Of a stretch of DNA of 64,000 bases, positions 25,128 to 39,335 are shown in pieces. Positions within the stretch are counted from its first letter, which is position 1. Every line of letters begins with the position of its first letter. The notes under the pieces are model-generated. The model saw only the letters and a program-made list of their open reading frames with translations. It did no database searches and was not told the DNA's origin. Source of the DNA: Camelus dromedarius (lineage: Eukaryota). Location: assembly GCF_036321535.1 (NCBI RefSeq), contig NC_087447.1:49912001-49976000 (forward strand), read 5' to 3'. A program made the translations under genes and the position numbers.

Positions 25128-25280
25128 AGGCCTTGGTTGGCTTACTGAGCCTCTCTAAATCTTATTTTCTTGTTTATAAAATGGGTATAATACCATCCGA
25201 ATTAAGTTGTTAGAATAATTGAATAAAGCCCTTTGTAAAGCTCCTGGCGCAGGGTAGTAGGTGCTCAGTCTGTAAGTAAT
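25128..25280 (+). mobile_element. MIR
   Basis: tgtttataaaatgggtataataccatcc...gtagtaggtgctcag. Confidence 0.65.
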
Positions 25281-25468
25281 TGTCCCTTTACGTCTGTCAG
25301 CGTCGTGCTGGATACACACAGTAGGCCTCAGTGCATGGTTAACCTGATTGGTAGTATTTAGAGATAGGTCAGGACTCATATTAGCTATTATTCTTGCTCT
25401 TACTTCTCAGCTTCTGTGGCCTACTACAGACCATTTCATCTTCCTCTGCACCCGTTACATAGTAGTAA

Positions 25469-25666
<198 letters not shown>

Positions 25667-26469
25667 TGAAATTTCCTCTCAATGAAAAAATTCATTTCTC
25701 TTGTCTTAATCATATGCTCTGTCATGATTCATTCAGAAGCTAATATCTGTTTAAAAAGTAGATTTAGGCTTAGTTGGCATTAGTTTCCACTGTTTGCTTT
25801 TTTTTTTTATATCAGTTTGGTGGTAGGGTGGCACTCATCTTCAGCTGAAGGAATGCCAAATTATTTCTGGTTTATATAGGACCTTTTTACTTAACCAGAT
25901 TCTCAGCTTCCACCATATCTGACATACATGCAGATACATGAGCACTGCTTTAAAAATACAACTGCTAATTAATTTATATTTATTAGTATTACTTAAGATA
26001 TTCCTGAGGTAACTGTCAGGATTTTGAGTTTTTTAATCTAGTTTCTTAGAGTAAATGCAAATGTAACTGTTTAAGATTCTTTTTTTAGAGAGCTAGATCT
26101 GCTAAATTTGATGGTTTTGTTTTCTTTTTAATGAAAAGAGATTTAAAAGATTAATTTTCTGAGAGAAAAGCTAATAAGATTTTAAGTTGCTCATGGAATA
26201 TTGTTAATTCATTTAAAAGTTTTCATTTATAAGCTAAGAATTGGTCAAAGGATAGTTTTACGATAAAAATTTTACATGGCTTATGGCTTAGATAAGATGT
26301 TTTAAATGTTTATAGTATAGAAAATTTCAAGTATATATCAGTGTACAGATAACAGTATGATAAATCATCATGTACTCATAATTCAGCTTCAACAATTAGG
26401 ATAATATTTTGAGTCTATGACAGTGTTGTCTTTGAGTTAACACTGATGTGCTAAATTTTTGAGACTTAG

Positions 26470-26610
<141 letters not shown>

Positions 26611-27929
26611 TAAAGATTTGGTGTAATGTATGGGTATGTTGCAGAGAAAAAGAGACATATCTTGAAATATTGGTTGTCTGGCACTTCATCCAGAAGGATT
26701 TCTGGACCTTCTGTCCCTTCCCAGTTGTAAGTAGATAGAGTTAGATTCCCTGATGGAAGATGTAATAGGATATTTAGTCTAATCATGGGGAAAAAAGTTA
26801 TTGAACCTTCTGTTTGAGAGTTAAAAGAAAATAGTTTTTGAATGGGCTTTAAGAAAATCAGTTAGTAGGGTTCTGAAGAATGCTAATAATGTCCCTCTCC
26901 TTTTGGTTTGATTTTCATGGAAAATTTGTGTGTAGTTGGGAGCAAAACAACAAACATTAATCTGTTTTATTCAGAAAACCATATTTTTGTTGACATAAAA
27001 TTTATTTGAAAATTAATTTTGTGAGATTTCCACTACTATAGGTTAAACTTGTCTGTCATTTCTGTCCTCTTTTAATTTATATTACAAAAAAAAATTACAT
27101 TAAAGTATTAGAGAGATGATTCATAGTAGTTGTTGTATTTAAAAATATTTTTCCTGATCTCTTTATCAGTATGTCAAAGAGAAGAGCTTCTTTTATTTGG
27201 CATACTGGTAGAAAGATTACTTTTATTGTTAGCAAAGTCCATTGTTTTCTCCTAACCTAAACAATGCTTTGAGGGCTATTAAATAACTATATAGATTATT
27301 CTCAGAGACATTAATCTATTTGGGAAGAAGTTATTCAAGAAGAGAGCATTACTAATTCTGATTAGGACTATCTTCCATTTCCCTCTAAAGAAAATGTTGT
27401 TATTTGTGATCTTATAACATTTAAGACTATTTTAATATATTACCTGTTTTGTCCTGCAACAAACCTTACAACAAGTAGGTTGGGACGTGATATGAGAAGA
27501 GTGATAAAACAGGAAGGGGAAAACCTATATTCAAGGTACCCCTTCTAGAAACCATATATTTTGGAGCAAACCATCTAAGCTTTGAGTTAATTTCCTAATT
27601 GATAGTATGAGTACATTAGTTCATGTACTACCTGTTTCACATGACTGTTAAGGTTTTATTTAAGAGCATGACATTTTGCCTTACCTTTAATCCTCACAAA
27701 AACAAACAATGGAAACCTATAAAGAAGGTGGTATAGTCTCATTTTACAATGTGTAAATGAGCTATCTTGTGACTTGCTCGAGACCACAAAGCTAGGTAAT
27801 GATCTTGCTGGGGATTTGTCTGGTTTCCATTGTACAGTGTTCCCTTTAATAAGTCACACAGATTTGCTTTGCTGTTAATTTTAGGCAAAGTTATGGTGTC
27901 TTGAAGCCCATGACACATCTTTTTTCCCA

Positions 27930-28880
27930 TTCATTCATTCATTCATTCATTTGTTTAACAAACCTGTTGAGTACCTTGAGCCCTATGCCAGGTTACAGAG
28001 ATACAGAATATTCACTCATTGAAAAGATACTTATTGAGCACCTGAATGCTAGACACTGTGCTGGGTTTTGAGGATATAATGATGGAAAAAGCCAATATAT
28101 TCTTTCTTTCGTGGAGCACAACCTATTGAGGGAGACAACCAATAAACAAGAAAATAAGTATTTAACAGGTATTTAATACAGGAGTACCCTATCTTTGAGA
28201 ATCTACTATCGATAAAGCAGTCAGGGAGGACCTCTCCGAGGAGAAACGTTTAACAGACAATCTGAATGCTGAAAGGAACCAACTAAGCTACAACTTGGGG
28301 AGGAGCATTCCTAGAAGAGGAGGTGGTCATGATGGAGGATAAAGAGGAATAGACTTGATAGATCTGAAAAAACTCATGGTGGAGGATGTGGGAGAAGATA
28401 CCTGTATTTTGGGCAAATCATGTAATCTCTCAGAGCTTCGTTTCTTCACCTGTAAGATGAAGTGATATCTACGTCTCCAATTCATTGTGATGATTGAGTG
28501 AGACAGCATTTGAAAGGGCGTTTCATATAGAAGGCACTCAATAAATGTAACTGGAATTAGTTGCGAGAGAGAGAAAGAGAGGACAAAAAGAAAGAGGGAA
28601 AGAAGGAAGGACAGGAAAGACAGACCAGACCTGCGTGGCTGGGGCACAATGAGAAAAAGGAAGAGTTCCATCGAAGAGGTAGGAGCATCAGCCAGGCCTT
28701 GGGGCCACTGTCAGGAATTTCTGTTGTAATTTCAGTGGAGTGGGAAACCCCTGAAGGGCTTCAAGAAGGGGGATAATATGAGTTGATTGATATTTTCAAA
28801 AGTCACTCTGGCTGCTAAATACCAAATGATTTGAGAGGAGGCAACAAGGGAAGCAGTGATATCCGTATTGAGAGTATCAC
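27930..28880 (-). mobile_element. L2 with (TTCA)n tail and a nested + strand MIR at ~28405-28560
   Basis: cattcattcattc...ttattgagcacct...; MIR core tgggcaaatcatgtaatctctcagagcttcgtttcttcacctgtaagatg. Confidence 0.75.
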
Positions 28881-29569
28881 CTTAATTCACGCTGGGATGT
28901 TTCTTGATTCTTTGTTTTCTGCAAGTGCTTTGTTTCCTAGTTTTTCCTAGCTTTTATTAGCTATCTGTGCTTAGTATGCCCAGCAAACTGAATACATGCC
29001 TTCTGCCTTAAAAAAATTAGGTTAGCTTTTTAGTACAGTTGTTTAAAAATGAAAAAATGGGAGAGAAAAATGAAGTACATGTTGAATTTTATTCTAAGGC
29101 CTTTTTTACTTCCCATGATTCCTAGGAATCAGAAATTTTAAGAAGTACATATGGTAGTATTGGGCTTTAAAATCTCATGTTAGCATTCTGCAGGGCACTT
29201 TCGTATACTATATGTACTGAGTGCCCTGTGTGTGTCTTTTACTGCGCCAGGTGCTGAGAGTATACAAAGGTGGTTAAAGCATTGACTCTGTGGCAGGATG
29301 ATTTCAGTCCAGTAGAGGTCAATTTGTAACTAAGCCTGTCAAGGAATATCTATTGAATTCATACTCTGTGTCAGACTCTTAGAAGTTTATAGCAGGTACA
29401 TGGGACTCAAAAGAAGTGGGAATAATCAGGTCTGTTGGGAGGAGATCAGGAAAATATAGAGAAGACGATACCTGAGGTGTCTTAAAAGATGAAATAGTAT
29501 TCCCCTGTTCAAAAAAGGATGGGACATTTTAAGTTGGATGAGGAGAAATGTGGTAACATGAGACATCAT

Positions 29570-29775
29570 GCATGATGCTGCCATGTTCATTTAATTCTCA
29601 CAACTGTGACAATTAATTCCTTCTCTGAGGGAAATAATGACACTCATTTTTGTTTTTAAAGACAAGAAAATTGAGGCTCAGAGAGCTTAGTTAATTTTTC
29701 CAAAGACTCATACTAGCCAGTGGTAGAGCTAAAGTCATCCCTGGTCGACCTGATTTTAAGGTCCATGTTATTCCT
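29570..29775 (-). mobile_element. MIR
   Basis: aagaaaattgaggctcagagag core. Confidence 0.7.
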
Positions 29776-32539
29776 GTCATGATGCAATTATCTTCCTTGT
29801 TTTGAATAATAGCCTCTTCCAGACTTCTGACAACTTTTTAGTGTTCTGTAGCAGCTGCATTCTCAGAGACTCTAGTGAAGAAACTCTAAACTGGTTATTC
29901 TGTGGTATTCATGAGACTTTGCTGGGTTAGACTTTACATTGCATGGCTTGATTCTGTTTGGGAAACCCCTCCATAGTGGCCCAACATTTATTGTGCTCTT
30001 CTAACTGGGTAAGTTTCTGTTGGAGTATGCCTAAGAGACCTGGACACAACGGGAGAAAAATCATCCAGTGAAGGGTATTCATTTGAGTTCCATTGACTGA
30101 GGCATTTCTCATTAAAAAAAAAAAAAATTGTGTGTGTTTTTAAGTAATCCATAACACGAGAGCCTTTTGTGGTAATGAGACCCAGATTTCCTTCTGTGTC
30201 TGTATCCCTTTATGCAGGCATGATTTCTTGGAAAGGAGAGTCCATATGTCAAACAGTGTCTCATTGAGAACATGGAATGATTCCATAGATGCTGTGGCAA
30301 TGAATGATTATAGTCTTAAATATTTTGTCCTGTCTGGATCAGTGGGTGCTTGGTTCCTTAACAAATCAGCTGCCTCAGTGATTGGGAAGGCAGGATGGTA
30401 AGAGCTTTTAGATCACTTATTGTACTTGGATGCGTTTGAATATTAATAGTTTGTCCAGCACATAAGTCAGAAGGACATTTGAAGTAATTTATAATGTTGT
30501 CATGGCCATTGTGGGTTTGTGGAGTTTATAATTAAAAGATTTAATTATCTTAAAAACTACTGCAGCCCAAGTACCTACCTACTTTAAAAAAACTAATCAG
30601 AAATATTTATTATGAGGAAACTGCAGATTTTTGTTTTGTTCTTAAGCCCTGTAAAGCATTGTTTTAATGAGGTCTTTTTCACATACCTGAGTCTTACAGT
30701 TTATTCCTGTTCCTCCCTGAATCCTCCCACTCCCCCTTTAACTTCTTTTCACCAACAAACCTATCATCTGTGACCCTTCTCACCGCAGAGCAGCATAAGG
30801 AACACAAGCCTCTGCTGTGCATTAGGTGTTAGGGACATCATTAATGCTTACTGGAAAAGCACACCCCAGAGAGCCAGGTTTTGGCTTTGGCAGGTAAAAA
30901 GTCTTTTAGATCTTGGAATGCTGGAAACTTTAAACCTTTTGGTTTTTTTAACTAAAGTGATTGGCAACAGAATGTGACATCTGAGGTTTCGTGGCCAGCA
31001 ATAGCCGTAATTAACCACATGAGCTCACATTTTCCCACTGGAGGTTCAGTGGTCTTGGGGTGATGAAAGTGACTTCCCTACCAGGAGGTGGTTTTCCTTT
31101 TGAGGGCATTGGAATACCCCTGGGCCCTGTAATCCCTCACCCGTGGCCCTTTTAAAATGCTTTTTAATATAAAGCTTCAATATTGGAAACCCAACACCAT
31201 GGTGTTTAACTGTGAGGCTGTGACTGAGCACCGTGGCTGGGAATGGGAAACAAACTAAGGTTTTTAATTGGCAGGGCAGGGAGTCTTGTGATGGAAACAA
31301 TGGGTGAGTGTGAATAGCCGGAATCAAAGATGATTTCCAGTATTACCCAGTTTTCAGTTTCTGCTATTTATATTTGGTTTTTGATTTACATATATAGGAT
31401 TCTCTTAAAGATGCCTTTTTATCTTCAGATTTCAGCAAAATTGTTTTGATTATTGAAGGGAAGTGATGTTAGAAGACCAGTTTCTGTTTTTTTAATAGAT
31501 ATGTGGATACAGACTTCAAAATTTGCAAATATAATTCTTTAGTAATACCTTTTTCATAATATGAGAAAATGTAGGTGCCAGAGTGTTTAGCATTAGATAG
31601 ATTTTTTTTTAAATATTCATAGATTGCATCTGACCTGTTTGGAAGGCTAAGAGCACTTCTGATTTCTGAAAGTTTTCAAATCGTTTTCTGTCAGGTCACA
31701 TAAGAAAGGAAAAGCTTAGTGTAAAGCAGTTATAGGAAAGTCTGAAATTAATCTATTATTAGCCGTCATTACTCTCAGTCCTCTTCTTCTTCCTCTTTTC
31801 CTCTCCCTTCAAAAGAAGATTCTTAAAGACCAAATCCTTTTACCGATAGGAATATTTTATAATATTTTATATCAAATATTTTATAAATTTGATAAGCCCT
31901 ATTCTTTACCAAAAGCAGGAAGCAGGACTCGGTGACCGCTGATGGAACTCACAGTCCCAGCTGTGATTCCAGGGATACATGTTTTGGGGACTGAGGTGTA
32001 GATAACAATTCTCTCTTTTACTCCATCACTCATAGTTTTACTTACATTGCTTTGACAAAAGTCTCTTATACCACCTGAATTTTATTTTTCTCATTTCTGA
32101 ATTGATAGCATCAGATTCAGTGAATTCTAAGGTTTCTCTTAGCTTTAATATTATATGATGATTTATATTGTAACAAATTTGCGGTATAATGTAGTTTTGG
32201 TCTATAAGGTGATGTGACATACGTATTTCAACAGAAGTAACGTGTTGTAGTACTCAAGGTACTTGGGTGGGCCTAAGCCAGGAGCTCATGGTCCCCAGAA
32301 CTAGTTAGGATCCTAGTCAGTTAACACATGCCCAGTAGTCAGTTGAAATGAGTGCTGTTTGATTTTTTCATCAATTTGATTTGAGACAACATGTCATCAC
32401 AGACTCAAAGACTTATGTGTTCTTTGCTCTTACTAGAAAAGTGTGAAGATACTGAGATAGTACATTTGGGTCATATGCTTGGTATATTCTAGGCTCCCAA
32501 GTTAAAAAAATTATTATATATTCCACAGTAAAGTTCTGA

Positions 32540-32725
32540 GACAGTGTGGTAGAGTGCTTAAAGACAGAGGCCTCTGTGTCAGGTCAGCCCATATACTAGC
32601 TGTATTAGTTTGGACAGTTTCCTTAACTTCTTTGAACGTTCTTTCTTTGTCTGTATAAAAGGTGCCCAGTTTATTAATTGTTGATGAGTGACTGGCATAA
32701 ATAAAGCACCATGGTCAATTCCTGG
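32540..32725 (+). mobile_element. MIR
   Basis: acagtgtggtagagtgcttaaagacaga...ctagctgtattagtttggacagtttccttaacttct. Confidence 0.65.
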
Positions 32726-33021
32726 CAGAAAAAAAAGTATACAATAAAAGTTACCTACAGTATGATCAAAGAGAAACCAAAAATCTTCTTTGGTAGTCAA
32801 GGGGGAGAATGCACTGAGGAGTAGATGGCTATAGTGGCCTTCCTACAATAAGAAGGTAGTGCTTAGATAACTCAGTATAAATATAAAAGAAGGATATGGA
32901 AAATAATGCTGATAATTGACATTAAAGATACCTTTAGAAATCAGGAAACACTCAAGCCAAGATCATCTCAATGATTTCAGCCTTATTTTAGCCAGAGGTA
33001 TTCCACATTATGTGTTAAATC

Positions 33022-33084
33022 TGTGTGTGTGCATGTGTGTGTGTGGTGTGTGTGTGTGTGTGTGTGTGACAGAAAGAGAGAGAG
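33022..33084. repeat. Imperfect (TG)n then (GA)n microsatellite
   Basis: Directly visible. Confidence 0.95.
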
Positions 33085-33909
33085 AACTTTAAAAGGTAAT
33101 TTGGAGATACTGTATACCAAGCAGTTACTTTTTTCTTCCCCCTTGGGCAAGCTTAAAACTTTTTATTATATTACTCTTAGTTCTGAGTACCTGAATGATT
33201 GTTTATCACTTGATAGGCAATAGCAGAAATCTAGACATTGAGTTACAAATGTAATTATCTGTGACTTCATAAAAGATGCATATTTATATTTGACTGTAGG
33301 ATAAATGTATTTTTTCCCAACAGTTGCTTCCACCAAAATTCTGAAAATAGAATGTGTATGAATAGTGTTGTTTTTGACCCTTTATTCTTTAAAACATTTT
33401 TTTCTCCTTATCCTATCTCAAACTTCACAGACAAACTTAAACAGTGCTCTCTTTGTGAACATTAAGAACATACCCCATAAAGATATACTACGCTATTTCA
33501 CTTCACCTTTGGATTAATAACATATAATAGTACAACAGTGCAAACATGTTGTTAATGAATAAAATGTATAATGTTTATATCAGATGTAATATTTAAACCT
33601 CTGAAACTAATTTTCACATTGTGTAATAGACTCAAGTATTATTTCTGCCCTTAAAAATGCTGGGAAAGAAAATAATGGATACTTGAATGCATTAAGAACT
33701 CGTAAGATTATATATCAAATGTTAATCTCATCACATTAATTATTGGAAAATAGTCCTAAATATAGTAGATCAAATTTCAAGTCTTATTAATAATTTAGAT
33801 TTGTTTAAAATTCACATAATTTAGATAAGTAGATAATATTCTGTTAATTATTATAAAATTTCCCTTGAAATTGATTTATTATGATCTCATGGCTACATTT
33901 ATAAGGTAA

Positions 33910-34113
<204 letters not shown>

Positions 34114-34369
34114 TAAGTATCCTTTTAAAATAAGTTTTTAACATTAAGCCAGTATGAAATGTGGAGTGTATTAAAAATATAAAAGGTGACCTAGATTGTG
34201 GTGATTTTTGTATATCCTTTGTAAAGTGCTCCATTTCTTTTAAATAGAATGTAGTCAAAATTACTAGTGAATTGACTAATTCAAATTTAATTTGCTTTTG
34301 TGAGGCAAGTATCATATACTCTCCAAATATTCATATTGTATCTGTTGCAGCTAGTCCACAAGCACAATA

Positions 34370-36130
34370 ATAAAGATTTGTCAAAGAGACAGCCAGGAAA
34401 AGAATAAAAGATTTATTAGCAGATTGTACATATCTGAAAAATGACCTCGAAGATAGACCAGTAGAAAATATCCTGGCCAATGCAAGTACAAATGAGATAG
34501 ATATATAGATTTATATATGTGGGATACAACAGGAAGTCTAACATACATACAGTTGGCATCATAGAGAAGTAGAAGAGAACACATAGGATAATTGGAACAT
34601 TTTAAGAGATAATGGCGGAGTTGTTCAAATTACTATCTTATTAAATATAAGGAACATATACATAAAATGTATGTATAATCATAATGCATGACTCCAGCAG
34701 AAAAGTTGGGAAATGGAAATGGAGCTAAAGCACTCTAAGATCCTGGTGTTGCCTGGAAACTGCTAAAGACACTAATTTACGTTAGACTGATAAATCAAGG
34801 ATGCAAGTTATAATCTCATAACCACGAAGAGTTGTTTTTTGTAAGCAAAAATTTAATAGAGGAAAGAAACAAAAAATTTTAAATACTTGATTAATCCAAA
34901 AGAAGGCAAGAAAAGAAAAACATTAACAAGTAGGATAAAACAAATAGTAAATTTATAAATATGAACTCAAACTTATCCTATAATTACATTAAATATAAAT
35001 GGTATTAATACTCTACTGAAAAATAAAGATAGTCAGGCTGAATAAAAAGCTGAAACTCATCCTGCTTGCAAGAGACCCCTCAAATGTAAGGACACAGAAG
35101 TATAGAAAATAATTTATTTTGCATTTATTTATACAAATGAGAGCTAGTATAACTATATTAACATCAGACAAAGTGAATTTAAAGCAATTTGAATAAAGTG
35201 GGACATTTTATGGTAATATAGTCAATTCTTATTGTAATATGTACCTAAAACCATAACTCCCTACATAGACTGAAGTTCACAGAACTACAAGGAAGTCCAT
35301 AATCATAACAGAGGACTTTAAGTTTCCTTTCATTAACTATTAGGACAGGCAGAACAAAATATCAGTTAGAATCTGAAAGACCTGAAGAAAATACAGTTAA
35401 TAAACTGGACCTAAGTTACGGGTAAAGAACATTGCACCAGTGGCTGCAGGATGTATATTCTTTTCAAATTCACATGGAACATTTACCAAAATTGATTATG
35501 TTGGACCTCAGCAAATTTCAAAAGACTGAAATAATTCACAATATATTTACTGACCGCAGTGAAATTTATTAGAAGTCAATAATAAAATCCCCAAATATGT
35601 GGATATTAAACAGTGTACTTCTGTATAACCTATAGGTCAAAGAAGAAACTATAAAGAAAGTTTGAAATTATTTTGAACTGAATGGTAATGAGATTATAGC
35701 ATATGAAAACTTGAAAGGTGCAGCTAAATCTGTGCTCAGAGGGAAAGTTATACCCTTAAATGCACATATGAGTCTCCTTAAACAGCTAGAGAAAGAAGAG
35801 TTCATTAAGCCTTAGGAAGAAGGAAGGAAATAATAAAGGTAGTAAAGGTACGAGCAGAAATTAAATGGACAGTTGTACAGTGGGGAAAATAATACAGGCA
35901 AAAGTTCTATTGTTTGAAGCAACTAAAAAACTTAATAAACCCTTAGTAGGACTAATTTAGAAGGAGAAGAGACAGGCAAAATAACTAGTATAACTAAAGA
36001 AACAATGATTTTACTACTGATGTACAGACATTAAAAAGAAGAGTTTATGAACAACTTTATGTTCATAAATTTGAAATTCAAATGAAGTGACTAAATTTCT
36101 AGAAAACTACAACTTTCCAAACCTGATACA
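34370..36130 (+). mobile_element. Old L1 (ORF1 end, inter-ORF region, ORF2 endonuclease region)
   Basis: aattacattaaatataaatgg, atatattcttttcaaattcacatggaacatttaccaaaattga, gaacaactttatgttcataaatttga. Confidence 0.8.
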
Positions 36131-36195
36131 TGGATGATTGGAATTTATAAAATGCCACACTTGGTTATAGGGAAGTGGACATAGAAGATTCTAGG

Positions 36196-36378
36196 TAAGT
36201 TATTTCAACCCTGGGCAGCACATTAGTGTCGTAGGGAGCTTTTAAAAATGATCTCCTAATCCCTAGATTCCTAACCTCTCCTCCAGAAATCTGATTCAGT
36301 TGATGGACCCAAACTTGAGATATTTTTTTAAAGCTCCTGAAGTGATTCTAATGTGCAGTCAGGTTTGAGAACCACTGT
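36196..36378. mobile_element. MER5B-like hAT element
   Basis: ttcaaccctgggcagcacattag...gtgattctaatgtgcagtcaggtttgagaaccactg. Confidence 0.75.
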
Positions 36379-37424
36379 TCTAGATTGTGAGTATTGTGTT
36401 CATGGACATGAAGAAATGACATATCCTCCACTGTGTTTAGGAAAGAGAAAAGCAGGAAGGGTAGGCACCAATGGAAGAATTCAGTACTCTATCAGGTAGG
36501 GTTTATAAGTGGAGGGCAGGGAGTATGTGTGTTGTTTAAATCAGTGCCATTTCAAAGGCATTGATTAGTTTATAGCTCAAGTATTATTTTCAATTTCAAA
36601 AACTTTTAAAGAGAGCCTGAAATGTATGTTTGACAAAGGGGAACATGTCTGTGGTTTCTTTTCTCCTTTTAAAAGATTGAGCTGAAATTCACATAAGATA
36701 AGATTAACTTTTTTTAAGTGTATGATTCAATAGCATTTAGTATATTCACAGTGTTATACAATCACCACGGCTATCTAGTTCCAAAACATTTTCATCATCC
36801 CAAAAGACAACCTTGTCTCCATCAAGCAATCACTGTCTGTTCCTACCCAGTAAGCTTTAACCTCAGTCCCTGGCAATCACCCATCTTTTTTCTGTTTCTA
36901 CAGATTTACCTATTCTGGATATTTGATATAAATGGAGTCATTTACAACATGTAACCTTTTCTTTCACTTAGTCTGATATTTTAAGGTGTATTCACATTGT
37001 AGCACAATCAGTAGCACATTCAGTTTTATAGCTGAATAGTATTCCATTGACTATGTATACCACATTTTGTTTATGCAGCCATCTGTTGATGGACATTTGG
37101 GTTATTTCCACTTTTGGGCTACAGACATTTGTGTATAAGAATTTGTTTGAGTATCTGTTTTCAATTCTTTTGAGCATATACCTTGAAGTAGAATTGCTGG
37201 GTCATATGGTGATTCTATGTTTAACTTTTTGAGGCACCACAGAACTGTTTTCCACAGCAGCTACACTAGTATACATTCCATGGTATAAAGTGGTGTATAT
37301 ATATCATTGTGATTTTGATTTGTATTTCTTCAGTGACTAATGACGTTGAGCATCTCTTCATGTCCTTGCTGGCCATTTGTATATCTTTAGAGAAATACCT
37401 CCTCAGATTATCAGCCTGTTTTTT

Positions 37425-38040
37425 CCCTTTCAAATTTATTGAGATATAATTAACATACAGCACTGTGTAAGTTCGAGTACAGCATAATGACTTAACTTAC
37501 ATACATGATGAAGTGATTACCATAAGTTTAGTGAACATCCATCATCTCAAATAGATATAACATTAAAGAAATAGAAAAAAAATGTTCCTTGTGATGAAAG
37601 TTCTTAGGATTTGCTCTCTCAACCACTTTCATCATAACATACAGCAGTATTAATTATATTAATCACGTTGTGCATTATATCGCTGGTACTTCTTTGTCTT
37701 ATGACTGGAAGTTTGTACCTTTTGTCTACCTTCATCCAGTTCCCTTTTCCCCTATCCCCCACCTCTGATAACCATAAATCTGATATCTTTTTCTGTGAGT
37801 TTGTTTGTTTTTGAAGTATAATTGACCTACAGTACTATGTCCTGGTACACAACATAGTGATTTGGTATTTCTATACAGTTCAAAATGATCACCACAGTCT
37901 GGTTACTGTCTGTCACCATACAAAGATATTACACACTTACTGACTTTATTTCTAACACAGTATATTTCAAACCCATGACTCATTTAATTTAATTTAATTT
38001 AATTTAACTGGAAGTCTGTATTTCTTAATCCCTCACCTAT
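37425..38040 (-). mobile_element. L1MA9-like 3'UTR inserted into the L1MB element
   Basis: tttattgagatataattaacatacagcactgtgtaag...taagtttagtgaacatccatcatctca. Confidence 0.7.
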
Positions 38041-38164
38041 TGCCCATTTTTTAATTGGGCTCTTCTTTTTGTTGTTGAGTTCTAAAACTTCTTTCTGAAT
38101 TGTGCATACTAGACCCTTATCAGATATATCATTTGCAAATATTTTCTCCCATTCTCGGAGTTGC

Positions 38165-38657
38165 TATAGTTGAAGGCCTAAAATTAAGTCCAATATTATG
38201 TGCTGCCTTGGTATCTGATGAAACCAGGAGGCCCTTGAATAGTCCCTCCCTACACTGCTCCTGTGGATCAGGCCCCCTTCCCAAATACTCCTCTTTGTCC
38301 AGGGGTCTAGGAAGTCTCTGCTTATTCCTGAGTGGTGCATTTCAGTTCCTGGTCAGCTGGGGAATTATGGAAACAAACCATCTCATCCTCCCACAGGAAG
38401 CAGTCGTCACTCTGTTCCCTTCATACTACAGGACCTGCCTTCCACAGTCCCTGATTGTTCACTCTGTTCTCAAGTAACCTCCTGTGACCCTGCATGGCAT
38501 GTGGTATCCTCCTCTCCTGGGCTTTGAGTATATGTAACTAGTAAACTGCTTTTAATCACATTTGTCCAGTGTCAGATGTTGAGTGTTGAACTATCCCCAC
38601 AACCATAGGACAGTAATCCATTTCTTATCAGTGGGTGAATAAGAAGAAATCAAAACA
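38165..38657 (+). mobile_element. Solo ERVL-type LTR (MER74-like)
   Basis: gaaggcctaaaattaagtccaatattatgtgctgccttg...aaaaca end; AGTAAA poly(A)-signal variant; 5-bp TSD gttg[c/t] at 38160-38164 and 38658-38662; the host L1 resumes on both sides. Confidence 0.8.
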
Positions 38658-39269
38658 GTTGTTCTTCTTTTTTATGTAATCTTTTCCTTTGATGCACAGA
38701 AGTTTTAAATTTTCATTAGGTCTAATTCATCTATCTGTTTATTTGCTTTTGGCTTCATATCTAAAATCCATTGCCAAATATAAGATCATGAAGAAATCCC
38801 TTTGTTTTCTTATAATTTTCTTATCATTTTATCTCTTATATTTAGGTCTTTGACCCATTTGGGCTTAATTTTTATACATGGTATGAGGTAGGTGTCCAAC
38901 TCCGTTCTTTGACATTCAGATATTCGGTTGTATTGGCACCATTTGTTGAAGAGACTATTCTTTCCTCTTTGAATGGCAATCAATTAGCCATAGATTATTT
39001 CTGAACTCTTAGATATAGTCCACAGGTCTATATGTCTGTCCTCACACCAATTCCACAGTAAGTTTTGAAATTGGGAATTGTGAATCCTCCGACTTTGCTC
39101 TTCTTTTTCAGCATTGTTCTGGCTGTTCAGAGCCTTTTGCAATTCCATGAGTTTGAGGATCATCTTTACTGTTTCTGCAAAAAAGTTCTTTTAATAAGCT
39201 GTTGGATTCAGTTTGCTAGCATTTAATTGAAGATTTTTGCATCTTTATTTATAAGAGATACTGGTCTAT

Positions 39270-39335
39270 TGTAGCTTTTGCATCAGGATAATAGTAGCCT
39301 TGTGTAGCTTTTGTATCAGGATAATAGTGGCCTTA
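39270..39335. repeat. 33-bp tandem duplication (3 mismatches)
   Basis: tgtagcttttg[c/t]atcaggataatagt[a/g]gcctt[g/a] twice. Confidence 0.95.

Noticed and set aside
25783..25793. Start of UVRAG exon 13 (agtttccactg)
   Set aside because: Wrong order relative to exons 11-12, and it does not continue as YPKGGEK; exon 13 lies beyond the window.
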